A stretch of 64,000 nucleotides of DNA. It comes from Diplonema japonicum. Lineage: Eukaryota; Protista; Euglenozoa: Diplonemea. Both the position numbers and the translations under genes were made by a program. The stretch spans positions 1 through 64,000 of the forward strand of contig OZ025727.1 of NCBI GenBank assembly GCA_964019335.1, in the 5' to 3' direction. This document shows positions 44,129-56,051 of this stretch, one piece after another (the first letter of the stretch is position 1; each line of letters opens with the position of its first letter). The notes under the pieces were generated by a model. The model was not told the DNA's origin. It made no database searches and saw only the letters and a list, made by a program, of their open reading frames with translations.

Positions 44129-45688
44129 TTAAATATCAATATAAACCCCTCTGCCCGCATCGGGGCACACATCGAACTCGCAGTCCGTCTCCCCACCGCA
44201 CAGCGCCTTCAACTTCGACACAACAGCGGCTGCAGTCCATCGCTTCGAGGGGTCGGGGGCGAGGCAGCCCTTCAGAACCTCTGCATACTCTGAAGGGATG
44301 CCTTTTGCGGTGATTGACGCACCGGACAAAACAGTTTTTGGGGCGGAGTCCCCTAAAGAAGAGAGGGGCGTGGCGGTACCAAGGGGGTGGATGAGGTGCA
44401 GGACTTGTCCCAAGAACCAGATATCTGTCTTTGTCGTGCAGGTGACGGAGGCGTTGGATGTCACGCCCTTCCCCCCGCAGAAGGAGTAACCTTCGGGAGA
44501 GTTTAAAAACTGGCAGTTCGCGCGACCACCATTGCACCCAAAGCACCTGCACCTCGTGCCCCCGTTCTCGTCCACCTTTTGTATAGTATCGATATCGATG
44601 AGGATCGGGCCGTCACTCGTGATGAAGTACTGCCCCGGGTGGTTGTCATCGTAGGTGAAGGGCCCTTCAGGGTGTTCATGTAAAAACTGGTGTATGCAAG
44701 CGATGCGGAGGCCCCACCTGTACATTTCACCATTTGTGATTTCAGCGGGTCCCTTTGCCTTCCATGTGCGAAGGTCCTTGCCTTTGAGGAACGGCTGCGT
44801 TTGGAGAACGGTATCGCTATCAGCAGTACAAGCCGTTTCGGGGTAATTTATGTAAGGATGCCTCAGCCCAGACAGCCCAGCGAAGTAAAAGAACCCCTCG
44901 AACGACTCGTAAAGACGTGTCGGGTAGTGCTTGATGCCGACGGTTTTACCGTCTAGAACGCCTTTGTACAAAGCAGTCTTGCCACCTAACGCGATGATCT
45001 TTCGTATTTTCAACGAGGTCTCACACCGTCGGGGTTCTACATTGGTTTCGATGGCGCACTGCAACAGTTTTATGTTGTGCGCAGGTATGTGGCACCCAAG
45101 GGCCTGCACTGCTTCGCATATATCGATGTATTTCCTGCTGATCTTTGGAAGATTGTCCGGGATACTTGCCGTGTTTTGCAAGCACAACACTGATGCGGGC
45201 AGAGCCTCCCGCCGCTTCGCTGTTTTCTTCAAAGGTTTCTCTTTTTTAACAGCCGCGTGCATTTTTGCAGCTTGTTTCACGAGTTTTTCACGGACGTCAT
45301 CTGAGCTTGCGTCGTAGCCGGCGGTCTCGTCGCTTTGGGATTGGGGATAGTCAGCGACTATGATGCGTCGCTTGATCCCGTGAGCCCAACGTGGAAGGCC
45401 TTCTTCGTCGAGAAGGTTGTGCATTAGGATGTCGCTGCTTTTGTCGAAATCGCATTTCTTGTCGTTTAGGTGGGTGAGGTCCTTCTCGTAGCAGTCCTTG
45501 CTGGTCGGGTAGGTTTTGTTTTTTTTCGTTTTAGTGCCGCTTGGGTGTTTTGTCGGAACTACATTCCCTGCCATGCTTCCTCTGCTCGGTTTTGTCCTGT
45601 TCTGCAACATCCCATAGCTCATCCCCAACGATGCCGCGCTGACAAAAACTACGGTCAGCAACCACGAAAACTTTCGACTAGGCGCCAT
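44129..45688 (-). CDS. Type II membrane secretory-pathway kinase, PKDCC/VLK-like
   Basis: N-terminal TM; IIALGGKTALYKG, VGIK, LHEHPEGPFTYDDNHPGQY...IDID and KTDIW motifs; Cys-rich insert. Confidence 0.75.
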   Translation of the reverse strand: MAPSRKFSWLLTVVFVSAASLGMSYGMLQNRTKPSRGSMAGNVVPTKHPSGTKTKKNKTYPTSKDCYEKDLTHLNDKKCDFDKSSDILMHNLLDEEGLPRWAHGIKRRIIVADYPQSQSDETAGYDASSDDVREKLVKQAAKMHAAVKKEKPLKKTAKRREALPASVLCLQNTASIPDNLPKISRKYIDICEAVQALGCHIPAHNIKLLQCAIETNVEPRRCETSLKIRKIIALGGKTALYKGVLDGKTVGIKHYPTRLYESFEGFFYFAGLSGLRHPYINYPETACTADSDTVLQTQPFLKGKDLRTWKAKGPAEITNGEMYRWGLRIACIHQFLHEHPEGPFTYDDNHPGQYFITSDGPILIDIDTIQKVDENGGTRCRCFGCNGGRANCQFLNSPEGYSFCGGKGVTSNASVTCTTKTDIWFLGQVLHLIHPLGTATPLSSLGDSAPKTVLSGASITAKGIPSEYAEVLKGCLAPDPSKRWTAAAVVSKLKALCGGETDCEFDVCPDAGRGVYIDI

Positions 45689-46145
45689 CACCTCGCGCCT
45701 CCCTTTTGACGAAGTGAAGTGAAGTGAAAGAAAAACCTTTCAAAAAAAAAAAAAAGAAAAACAAAAATATAAAAAAAAAAAAAAAAGTACTGACCTATAC
45801 TATAATATACAGTAAACCAAGAAGGGGAGGGTGGTTTACAGTATTCTAATAAATAAAATTCTTCTTTTTTTGATCTTAAACCCCCCCCCCCCCCCCCCCC
45901 CCCAAACACGAAAGATTCACCACAAATACCCAGAACACCGCAATCACAGGCAAACAGTGACAACTGGAAAGCTAAGAAGGTGGGCTTACTGGCTCAGAGC
46001 CGCGGAGGGGTAAAACCCACTTCTTTTTTTTTTCTCCAACCGGGGAGAAGAAAAAAATACAAGCAGTCCAAGAAGCCAACGCAGGTGAAAAATCTTTTTT
46101 AAAAAAAGAAAACACTAAAAGAAAGGGTTAAAAAAAAAAAAAATT

Positions 46146-47244
46146 CTATCTTTTTTGTTTTGCAAGTTGGGGTGTGATCAGTTTGAGACACAACTTATGC
46201 CCCAACGACGGGTTGTACTGAGCAGCTCCCTTAGTCCAGTCGTACGACCGGGCATACGCGTAAATCTCACCGCTGGCGTCAAAAGAAGCACAAGGGATGG
46301 TGTTGCCGGTAGTCTTGAAACCCTTCACCTTCTGACGATGCTCTTTGTCCCATATGGCTATTCCACCGTTAGATCCTGCAGTGGCGAAAGTGCCATAGAC
46401 AGGGTGGAAGGATATACTATTTACTGAGAAGATATCTTTTGTGTTTTCCCTGTGCGATTTGAAAGAGAAATTACGGGATTCTTGCGACGGGTCAACATGC
46501 ATGACACAGGTTCTGCCTTCAATGCTCCCCGCTGCAAAACCTTGCTTGTCTGGGAAATTTGCAACGCAGCGAAGCTGTTCTTTGACCGCACTGTGAGGCC
46601 GGATTTGTTTCATCATTTGCATGGTTGCCAGGTTGTAAATGGTGACTCCGCCTGCCGTTGCAACGGTGCACATTTCTCCGAGCACGTCCATTGCCACTGC
46701 GGGAGCACCAAGGTTGAACGTGTGAGCCGGTGTTGGGGTTTTGCAATCCCATATCTTCACAAGACCGTCCCATCCTGCGGTGATACACGTTCGGGTTTCA
46801 TTAGAGTACCGGATACACCGTACTGGAAGGTCATGAGATGCAACCTGTGGTGTTTTATAGTATTGTTCGTGTGTGAAGGTGGTGTACCTGTTGAGGAGGT
46901 GCGCCTGGTTGGTTTAAATTCATCATTTTCGCGGTGTGGCAGCCGCCGCCAAAGAAGATGACACCTTCGTTGGTCAGTGCCACGTCGAAGACGGGTTGGT
47001 CGTTTCGCACAGAGGAGCTGGGCATGCTTTGTATGTCCGACATTCCTTTCTGCACCTCCCATATCCGAACTGACTTGTCCCAGCTTCCGCAAACCAGCAG
47101 ATTTTTCCTTTGCGCCATGAGTTGCCGGGGTGCCCATGCAAGGCAGCTAATGGGTTCAGACGGAGCCTGCGCTACCTCCACATCGCTGGTGTTCGGCGCC
47201 AAGGTCGTGCTGGCGCCTGCTGTGCCTGTGTACTTCCAAGCCAT
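46146..47244 (-). CDS. RAE1: Rae1/Gle2 WD40 mRNA export factor; intron 46845-46887
   Basis: GSWD.SVR.WEV, QVASHDLPVRC (after splicing), GSIEGR, FSFKSHR, SVNSISFHP.YGTFATAGS.G and YARSYDWTKG motifs. Confidence 0.92.
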
Positions 47245-48447
47245 CTTTTGCCTATTTTTTTTTTTTTTTTTTTTTTGGGTTTGCAGAAAAAAAGGGGGGG
47301 AATATTTTTCCGTTAAATCTTGTGTGCGTATGCAAAAAAAAAAAAAAAAGAAGAAGAAAAAAAAATCGGATTGTTAACCGTCTGGTACTACACGATTAAA
47401 GGCCGCTTTTACAAAGACCAGCCAAGAGTTAACGACACGTGGGTGCCTTATTCCTTTTGCCTCACGGCAAGGGAGGGGGCATTTTTCCAGGTTTTAAACA
47501 GCCTACCCGGTCCGGTGCTATCTTTCGATACAAGTGGTGGGTTACCGTTGGGCCAACGTGCTGCCCGCCTTTGGCACCTGGGTCTTCATTCAACCCTGCT
47601 GTCCCGTAAAACCCCAGCCGAAATGCAACGGAAGGTCTTTTACCGTCGTATGCAGTTTAGAGTCGTACCCAGGGACTTGAAAAAAGATTCATGAAAAGAG
47701 CGGGCAAACCAATTTTTAATTATGCTTTATCATCAGAGGAGGGGGTTGAATTAAAAAAAAGGAGAGAAGGAAACTATTGAAAATACAAGTCCCCAATTGT
47801 CAAAGTGCCACAAAAGCCCATTTCTGAAACAACCTACGTTTCTAAAGCAACCAGCAGACATTAAGAAACAACAGGAGTGAGTGATCACTTTAGTTTCGGG
47901 GCCTTATTCGGTTTTTGCAGTTTGTTCTAAAAAAAAAAAAAAAAAACAATTGGGCGTGGAAGAGAAAAAAAAAAAAAAGAAAGCACGGTGGGCTTAGATA
48001 TGCAACTCGCCATTATGTGTGAAGCACGGGGTGGAATTCTTGTGGACACAAAACCCCTTGAAGTAAAATGAAGCAAATTTGAAAAAAATATATTAGTGAC
48101 AAACCCCCGGAAGCGAAAAAGCCCAGATATTTTTCTCCACCGGCATTTTCGGTCTGGCGTCTTTCCCAATTTTCACGTTGGCGTGGAGGGTCTTCTGGGG
48201 CACCTTGGCTCTTGAAAGATAAATATTTGTAACAAAATAAATAAAAAAATAAAAAAGCTAAGTTTTCTTTTTTTAAGTATAATACCCAAGTATTTATAGT
48301 ATTTATTACCTACTTTTTTACTTCACTTTCACTTTGCAGAAACAACCGAAAAGAGGAGAGAGAAGGGGGGGGGCAAAAGAAAGATTGGAAGAAAGAAACG
48401 TCAACCGTAGCAGGAAGCGTCTTCCAGAAGGGGAGCTTCATGCTTTT

Positions 48448-49438
48448 TAAAGGGGGGGGGGCGAATAATTCCCTCCCAAATAATGTGTTTTTTTCCCAAA
48501 TAATTCTTTTTTTTTCAGGGATTTTTCCACCCCAAATTTCCCAAATAATACCCGACCCCCTTTCTTTTTTTTGGGGGGGGGATGGGGGGTCACATGGTAG
48601 TCGTGCAACAGGTTTTTCTCGGTTACGCCTGTGCAGGGTACTAGCCTACCTAACCCATGTACTACACCCCTTTTTTGACCAAAAAGTCGATTTCCGCCTG
48701 GTTTTGGGCACTTTTTGGGCACTTACAAGCAATTCCTTTGCATTTTGAACAGGGACCACGGGGGTTATTGTGGGAGACTATTTTTCTTAACGCAAGAAGC
48801 TAGATGGTTCGTGATGAACGGTTCAAAATTTCATGGAACTACTTAGTTCGAAGGCGCTTTGTGGGTGGCCCGGGTGCTTCTGCGTTGCCGGAGGGGCACA
48901 TGGATTCATGTGTTGACAACTTATCCAGTATCCAGGTAGTTCCGAGGAGACCATACAGCTAAGAGCACTTAGCGAAGTAAGCACTTTGAAGGGGTCGGGC
49001 TTTAGACAGTGCAGCACAGAACGTTGTTGCGGGTGTTACAATGGACACTACACCTGACGAGACACCAGCCCAAGCCCTTGCAGCTTCTCAAGCCCTGACA
49101 GTTTCTCAAGCCTCTCAGACCCCCGCAACCTCCCAGCAACCACCTAACGCCAAAACCAGGCGGTTTGTCTGCAACGTTTGTGGGTTCTCCACAGCCTGGG
49201 AGAAAAGCTGTTAAAATTTCCCTTGGAAAAAAAAAGGGCATGAAAAAAATCTTGACGATTTGGCATGTTAAGATTTCCGAAGTGCTCTAAGCCCCGCCCC
49301 CTGCTTTCCATGTGGCAGGCTCCCCAGCCCAAATAAGTACAACCCAAATAAGTGTATTCCAAATAATTCTTTTTTTTTGGAGCCCAAACACCCCCCCTCC
49401 ACTGCCCAAATAAAGGGATTATTCGGGGGGGCCCTTTA
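48448..49438. mobile_element. Non-autonomous TIR element (about 990 bp) with CCCAAATAA subterminal repeats
   Basis: TAAAGGG..CGAATAATTCCCT ... AGGGATTATTCG..CCCTTTA; CCAAATAA repeated near both ends. Confidence 0.55.
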
Positions 49439-49583
49439 TTTTATTTTATTTTTTTTTTCTGAAAAGAATAAAAAAAATCGATCTTTTAACGTCAAGGCGT
49501 CACAAGTCAAACGGCGCTCAGTACACCACAACAGTCGGCCCCAAGTGCATCTAACCTAAAATTTGCCTTATTCTTGTCTCTCA

Positions 49584-51356
49584 TCAATGAAAGTACACAA
49601 CTGCAGCAGGCACCCTTCCCAGTACGGAGCTTAGTAGAACGTCTAGAAAGGCAGCAGCGTCCGCATCGTCTCGAGACGACTGTCGGTAAACCGTCACAAG
49701 CCGGTCTGCTTCTTGAAAGTTCCCGAGAACGTACTGCCGACCGATCTCATTGTAAGCACTGTACGGGTTGTCCTTCAACTCGTACATCCACTCGGAGACT
49801 GCAACGCTGTCTGCGAATACCGACTGCTTGTCGTCCTCCATGTTGCACATCACCTCATAGAAACACATTACCGGGTGAGCCGATATCCGAACCGCCGACA
49901 AAACTATCCTCATGTGGTACGAATGGCAAGATTCTGCGTACACACTCTCGGTGCATACTATGCTAACACCTTGCAAGCGTGCGAAACGCTCCGCATGAGC
50001 AGCGTGCACAACAGGCGGGCCTATGGTGGACATGGCGAGGAGCTCATCACACCCGAATGAGCCGCAATATGCCGACCCACCAGAGACGCCAATTGTGACG
50101 GTGCTGCCCATGTCGTGAATCGCATTCTGCACCGCGATGGCGGCACTGAGGCCGCTGTTGCACCACGTGACGCAGTTTTTCATTATGTTGAAACAAGCGT
50201 GGATTTTATCCCCCATCATAACGGTGACACGGCCGACATGGCTGTCCACCATCGACACCACCATTGCCGTGTACGTGGAGTGCAGACTGGTATACATCAT
50301 CAGCGTGTCTTTAATCATCTGATGCGAGCCGCACAGATTGAACACCAAGAACAACCCCTTTCTCCGCTCCACGTTGTACATCTCTGATTTTCCGTTCGCA
50401 GGTGCTGGTGGAGCATCGCTAGCGAACGAGACGGCTGACAGTGACGATCCTTCAGACAAAGACACGCTGCTACCCCACATCAGCACGCTAGAGGGATCGT
50501 TTTGCTTGATAAGATACTGCGGGAGGTAGGGTTTGTAAAGCCTGAGGTTTTCAAGGATTGTGTTGAAAGCCGCGGCGAGATCGTCGGGGAGGGAGAAGGT
50601 GTTGTCGAGGCTAACCTGCGCCGCGTGAAGGTCGAAACATGACAATGTACCAGCTATTTTCTCTGCAGCGTTAATGGCAGCCTCCATCTTAAGATGTTCC
50701 TGCTGCAAAGAATGCGCAAACCCGCGTGTGAAAAAGAAGTCCAACAAGAACACAGCCGACGTTGACAACCCATACTCAATCCCTTCAACAAGAGGTATTG
50801 CACAAGGCGGCTCTGCACAACAACACCTCGAGGCTCGCTCTGCATACGCACCGGTAGACGGTACATCATACAACCCAAAACGAAGTACCAGTTCCACAGC
50901 GTTTACCGCTAACCAAATGAGGAGGACAACAATTAAGACAACAGAAACCCTTGTAGGCAGTTTACACACAAGACTCATATCGAGCAGTAATACGTATATA
51001 GGCCATCCTCTTGTCGAAGATGACAGGGTCGCCGCCTGTAGGTCCACCATTACGAAGTTCAACGCCCACCCGTACATCGTGCACTCGAGAAATAAATCCC
51101 CTGCTTTCCGCATTGCTATGATTCTAAACAGCGAGAAGGTGGCGACGCACATTCCCAACAGGCCGTAGGCTGCTTGGAGTGAAATATTGTTGGGGTCGTC
51201 TTTTGTAAACCCCGTCAGTGTCATTTGTAAGGAAAGGGTCCACCCGATTGTTGAGAAAACTGTGATGACTTTTTTTTGTGTCATCACCTCTGCAGTGTCG
51301 TCTTTTTCCACCAGCATGTCCAGGAGGGACAGGAGGTATTGTAAGCTGCCGTTCAT
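49584..51356 (-). CDS. Multi-TM protein with a single degenerate adenylate-cyclase-like domain
   Basis: About 6 TM helices; FDL...NL.LYKPYLP linker shared with the 26426 gene; FLVFNL..SH and MMGDKIHACFN motifs. Confidence 0.85.
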   Translation of the reverse strand: MNGSLQYLLSLLDMLVEKDDTAEVMTQKKVITVFSTIGWTLSLQMTLTGFTKDDPNNISLQAAYGLLGMCVATFSLFRIIAMRKAGDLFLECTMYGWALNFVMVDLQAATLSSSTRGWPIYVLLLDMSLVCKLPTRVSVVLIVVLLIWLAVNAVELVLRFGLYDVPSTGAYAERASRCCCAEPPCAIPLVEGIEYGLSTSAVFLLDFFFTRGFAHSLQQEHLKMEAAINAAEKIAGTLSCFDLHAAQVSLDNTFSLPDDLAAAFNTILENLRLYKPYLPQYLIKQNDPSSVLMWGSSVSLSEGSSLSAVSFASDAPPAPANGKSEMYNVERRKGLFLVFNLCGSHQMIKDTLMMYTSLHSTYTAMVVSMVDSHVGRVTVMMGDKIHACFNIMKNCVTWCNSGLSAAIAVQNAIHDMGSTVTIGVSGGSAYCGSFGCDELLAMSTIGPPVVHAAHAERFARLQGVSIVCTESVYAESCHSYHMRIVLSAVRISAHPVMCFYEVMCNMEDDKQSVFADSVAVSEWMYELKDNPYSAYNEIGRQYVLGNFQEADRLVTVYRQSSRDDADAAAFLDVLLSSVLGRVPAAVVYFH

Positions 51357-51516
51357 TTCCCCCCTCCCTTTTTTTTTTTCTTTTTTTTTTTTAGAAGAAA
51401 GATGGAATGAGGGGGGGGGGGGGGGGGGGAAGAAGGGAAAAAAAAAGAAAAACAGAAGGGAGCGAGAGAGACTACGTTTTATTTTACTTTTTTTTTTCGA
51501 AACCTGAATACATCTT

Positions 51517-51555
<39 letters not shown>

Positions 51556-51914
51556 TATTTTTCCCTTCTTTCCGCTTCTGCTTGATCGCCTTAAAAGAAC
51601 GGGGAAGGGGGACAATCCATGCACACAATTTGGATATTTGGGAAGGTAGGTGGTTTTTTTTTTTCACTCAGTTCGGGGGGAAATCAAATCAAGGGGGCAT
51701 TTCCTTTCCTTTCCTGGAAATCCCAATGTTTTCTTTTTACGATATTGAGCGTGCATGTCTTGGGGGGGGAGGGGAGGGGAGGGAAAGTGACCAACAATAA
51801 TTCCGCCATAAAAAAATAAAAAATAAAAGGAAAACCAAAGCTAGCTCACACCACGCGTGCCTGTTTTTGTATGTTTCAGTGAAAAATCGGGGCGGAGTCA
51901 CAAAGCCCTTCTTC

Positions 51915-51959
<45 letters not shown>

Positions 51960-52887
51960 CAAGAAGAAAATTGCTAAACAGGATCGGGAGTTCCAAAAAA
52001 AGAGGGGAAAAAAAAGGGAGAGATAACGGGGGATGGGGAAAGAAGGGCGTGTAGCTATTTCTCACAGCGTAAAAACTGAATTCTGTGTTTCACTCGGGGG
52101 TGTATTTTTTTTTTTTTTTTGTATTTTGCAGTGTTCTTTTTTTGGGGGGGGGGTTGGCTCCAAAATATCTTTTTTTTTTTTGCAGCATAATACAATTACT
52201 TTCGTGGGCCTTGCGTAGTGCCAACACCAAAAATCGCAAAAGCAAAAACCGCCGCCCCCCTTGGAAAAAAAAAACACTGAATTTCCCCAAGACACAAAAT
52301 TCACAAAAAAAAGCGTGAAGAGTAGAAAAAGAAGAAGAATAGAGAAGAAGGAGAAAAAACCTTTTTCGTTTCTTTTTTTTTTTTTTTTTTTTTTTTCCCC
52401 GCTTCCTTTCAAAGGGGAAAAAAAATCAAATGTAAGCGTAAATAAAAGTGAGCAGAAAAAAGGGCGAAAAAAGGATTTTTTTTTTTTTTTTTTTTTTTCT
52501 TGCTCAACACAAACAGCTGACAAATTTCCTTATCATTTTTTTTTTTTTTTTTTTTTTTTTTCTCTTTTTAACTCAATGATTCAATAGCAACAAAATGCAT
52601 GGATTTCGAGGGGAGTTCTAAGCCCATAAAAGGAACTGAAACTAAATTTTTCACCCCCCCCCCCCGCACTTCTCCCTTGCAAACCATCCCCTGAAGCACG
52701 AGCTAATGGATTTGCAAAATACCCTTCGGAAAAAAGAAGAAAAAAAAAAAGGATGATAACAGAAGAGGGGCGTTGTGACCCCTCCCCCCACCTCTTTCTT
52801 CTATAAGTATTGCTCTCCTGATTCACCACCAACATACAAAAGCACTTCATGATACCAGGGGGGAAGGGAGGTGCGGACAGGGGGAAA

Positions 52888-52927
<40 letters not shown>

Positions 52928-53011
52928 ACATTTAAAAAAAAAAGAAACCCAATAAAATTTAAGACATTCCACACTTTTTTTTTTTTTCTTCTTTTTTTTT
53001 TTTTTTTTTTT

Positions 53012-54166
53012 CTACTTACAAATCTCAGACTTGCATTTCTCAGCACCACACAGCACAGAGTCCACCTGGATGGTGCTGTGGGTGATCCCGTGTGAATCAC
53101 AGATTTCTTTAGCAGACCGCAAGGACTCCACGTGGTCATCAGAGATGATATGAACGCTCAGCACCGGCTTGTTAAGGGAGATAGACCACACATGAAGGTC
53201 GTGCACGTTCCCATTACCAAACTGGCCCTCAAGATCCCCCATAATACCGGTGTAATTCTGCCCGGAGGAGCCTTCCAAAAGAACATTGCAGACCTGGCGG
53301 AAAAGCCCGTGTGTGGTCCACAGAGTGACCAACGCGAAAAGACAGGAAGTTACAGGGTCTGCGATGTTGTACGCCGTGACAGCATCAGGGGACCCCTTCT
53401 CCGAATTGTTGCCGAGCCAGATAACTATCGAGGCGATGATGACCCCACAAGACTGGATACAGTCTCCAATGGCGTGGATCATAGCAGACTTCACGTTCAC
53501 ATTCTCCCCCTCACGAGCAGAGGTAAAATCCAACCCCGACTCATCCTTGGGCTTTTTCAACGGGTGGCTCTTGTTGTGAGAATGCCCATCGTGATCATGA
53601 CCATGACTATGACCATGACTATGACCGTGGCCATGGCCACCTTCGGAAGGACATCCACCAGACCCGTGTGAATGTGCGTGCATAACCTTGGCATTCCCGA
53701 AGTGGAGGATGACTGCGACAGTGATGTTAACGAGGAGCCCCAAGGTGCCTAGGATGAACATCAAACGCCCGTCCACTGAATCTTCTTTCTTCCAATTAAA
53801 GCGGTGGATCGAGTTGTAGACAATGATCAGAGTGAGGAACCAAATGGAGAGAAGAGAGATGAGCGCGCCCACCATCTCTATCCGGTGCCACCCGTAGCTG
53901 TACTTCGCTGACTTAGGCTTCCCCGACTGGTGCAGGGCGAAGAGTGATAAAGCAAGAGCGGCCACGTCGGTAGCTACGTGTGCTGCATCTGACATAACCG
54001 CGATGCTGTTCGCCATGTACCCGCCCACTCCCTCTGCGATCATGAAGATCACGCAGAAGATCAACGCTGCGATAAGACTCTTCCTTGCTCGCTCTCTTTT
54101 GTATTGCTCCTCGTTCCCCACGCTTGTAAGGACAACGTTCTCCTCTGTGTCATCATTGATCGGCAT
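53012..54166 (-). CDS. Cation diffusion facilitator (ZnT2-like) zinc transporter
   Basis: SDAAHVATD, YGWHRIE, His-rich loop, HAIGD, DP and VHDLHVWS motifs. Confidence 0.94.
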   Translation of the reverse strand: MPINDDTEENVVLTSVGNEEQYKRERARKSLIAALIFCVIFMIAEGVGGYMANSIAVMSDAAHVATDVAALALSLFALHQSGKPKSAKYSYGWHRIEMVGALISLLSIWFLTLIIVYNSIHRFNWKKEDSVDGRLMFILGTLGLLVNITVAVILHFGNAKVMHAHSHGSGGCPSEGGHGHGHSHGHSHGHDHDGHSHNKSHPLKKPKDESGLDFTSAREGENVNVKSAMIHAIGDCIQSCGVIIASIVIWLGNNSEKGSPDAVTAYNIADPVTSCLFALVTLWTTHGLFRQVCNVLLEGSSGQNYTGIMGDLEGQFGNGNVHDLHVWSISLNKPVLSVHIISDDHVESLRSAKEICDSHGITHSTIQVDSVLCGAEKCKSEICK

Positions 54167-54383
54167 TTTTTTTCTTTTTTTTTTTTTCCCCGGTCCCTCC
54201 TCCTTTTTTTTTTTGTCGTGTCGTTGTCCAAATGGGGGGGGGGCTAAAAAAAAGAAATAACGTTCAAGAAAACAATGAGGGAAAAAAAAAAAAGACTGAA
54301 GCTAGAAGAGAAAGAAAGCGACGCCACACAAAAGAGAGAAGAAAAAAAAAGCACACGAAACAAAAAAAAAAAAAGAAACACCT

Positions 54384-55400
54384 TCACGCCTTCTTAATCC
54401 ACTCTTCGCCGGGGAGGATCTTGTACTTAATAGTTTGCCTAAGATAAGTATACGAAACATGGATGCTCCCACCGGCGGCCTGGAAGACAGACGGGTAGCT
54501 GTACTCATTAGAAGCAGTTGCATTGATCGTTGTATTCTCGAGTGCCCGAGTGAACGTCCAACTAAGGCCAAGATCGGGGGAGAGCGACACCACAAGAGGG
54601 TCCCTTCCGGAGCGGGTGGGGTTGTACACCAATGCAATGTTTCCAGACGACAAGACGGTAGCTTGGATACCGCTGTCGTTGTTGGGCAAAGAGGTGGGGC
54701 TGGGCCGCGACCACGTCCTCCCCCCGTCGGCAGACTCACTACGGTATATAAACACCGCACGCTTATCTCTAAAAAACGCAATTAAATGCAACGAGGACTC
54801 AGGATCCCTGACCACTGTGGGCTGTATGAGGAACTCGCTCCCATTCACGTCATAAACATCATCACCGTCGCCAACGTTGACCACTGCAGAGTATTGGCTC
54901 GAAAGGCTCTTGTAAGAATAATAAACAGGCAGCAGACCGCTGAGGACTCTGTTCCGTGTCCAGCAACCCGGAAGTGCGTACGGTGGTGTGGCTGGTGGTG
55001 ACCATGACCCATCTGCCAATATGGTCTTGACCTGTATGATGCCGTCCCACTCGGGGTTGCGGTTTAAAGAAGAACCCGTTGTGTTCACATTGTTTGCGGG
55101 CTGCACTGTGTACAGATTATCGGTGTCGAGGACAGGGTTCTGGCATGAGTGGTTGGTCTTGTTGGCAACGACTGTGGGGACTGTCCAGCGTGGGTGCCGT
55201 CCCATGATGAGGTGACGATGGAGACGCCGGCTTCGCCCTCTGCGCCCCCGCTGAACCAGGCCATCTTGCTGCCGTCACCGTCTCTTATGAAATTCGATGC
55301 GTGGCTGGTTTTGAAAATCGGGACCATGTAGCCTTGCAGCGACCCGTCAGGTGCGGTGCGCATCACACCATAATCAGGTATAAAACAGGGTTCATCTGCT
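54384..55400 (-). pseudogene. BNR-repeat (sialidase-like, BNR_2) gene with a frameshift near 55195
   Basis: HASN...MAWFSG..EG..VSI in one frame; W..P...QNPVL, SADGGRTW, LPNNDSGI, SPDLGLSW and YSYPS in another. Confidence 0.75.
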
Positions 55401-55611
55401 CTCTCTTTCCCCCCCTCCCTGAAGACTGGGACACTACGTTGAGATAATGGAAGAAAAGGTGGTAGGGGGGAAGGAAATAAAAAGGTGCGACTGTGTAAAA
55501 AGGGAAAGAAAGAAGACTCAGTGAGAAGCGAGAAAAGAAAGTGAAGTAATAAGGGGAAAATTACTTCTTTTCATCAGGCAAGGGAGTGGGGGGTGGGGGA
55601 GAGGGGGGTGA

Positions 55612-55890
55612 CTACCCTTCCTTGTCCTCATACCGTATTTCAAAATCTATTTCGCAAAAGGTTACACGCTTCCTCGGCCTCACCTCTATTTCGTCACCTG
55701 CTGCGATAGCCAACTTGGACGCCAGCATCTCCTCCCTAAGCTCATTACCCTCGAAGTACAATGCCACCGCATCGCACGCCGTTTCTGTACACCCTGCTAT
55801 CTGCTGCTTTATTTCAGCAACAGTCATGTCATGACTCACCTCTAATATGCCAGTGCTGTGCGAGCCCAGTACCCTATAGCATATATCCAT
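55612..55890 (-). CDS. Small ubiquitin-like-fold protein (possibly a fragment)
   Basis: LEV..DMTVAEIKQQI......V.LYFEG.EL......L.I..GD.IEV pattern. Confidence 0.55.
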   Translation of the reverse strand: MDICYRVLGSHSTGILEVSHDMTVAEIKQQIAGCTETACDAVALYFEGNELREEMLASKLAIAAGDEIEVRPRKRVTFCEIDFEIRYEDKEG

Positions 55891-56051
55891 GGATCCTTAG
55901 TCCCCACCCTCCTTTTTGTTTTTGAAGTCTGAAAATGCGGGAGGGAGAAAAAAAAAATGAAATGAAAAAAATAAAAAATAAATAAAGGGGGGGGGGTGGG
56001 GGTTGGTTGGTTTCGTTATGCAGGTATTTTCCCCATAGTATCCAGGGTTAA

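Noticed and set aside
47374-47681. Possible TTAA-flanked MITE upstream of Rae1
   Set aside because: The right TIR and TSD are too degenerate to call.
55518-55577. Possible C/D snoRNA (CTGATGA...CTGA, minus strand)
   Set aside because: Imperfect C box, pyrimidine-tract interior, and no recognisable guide or terminal stem.
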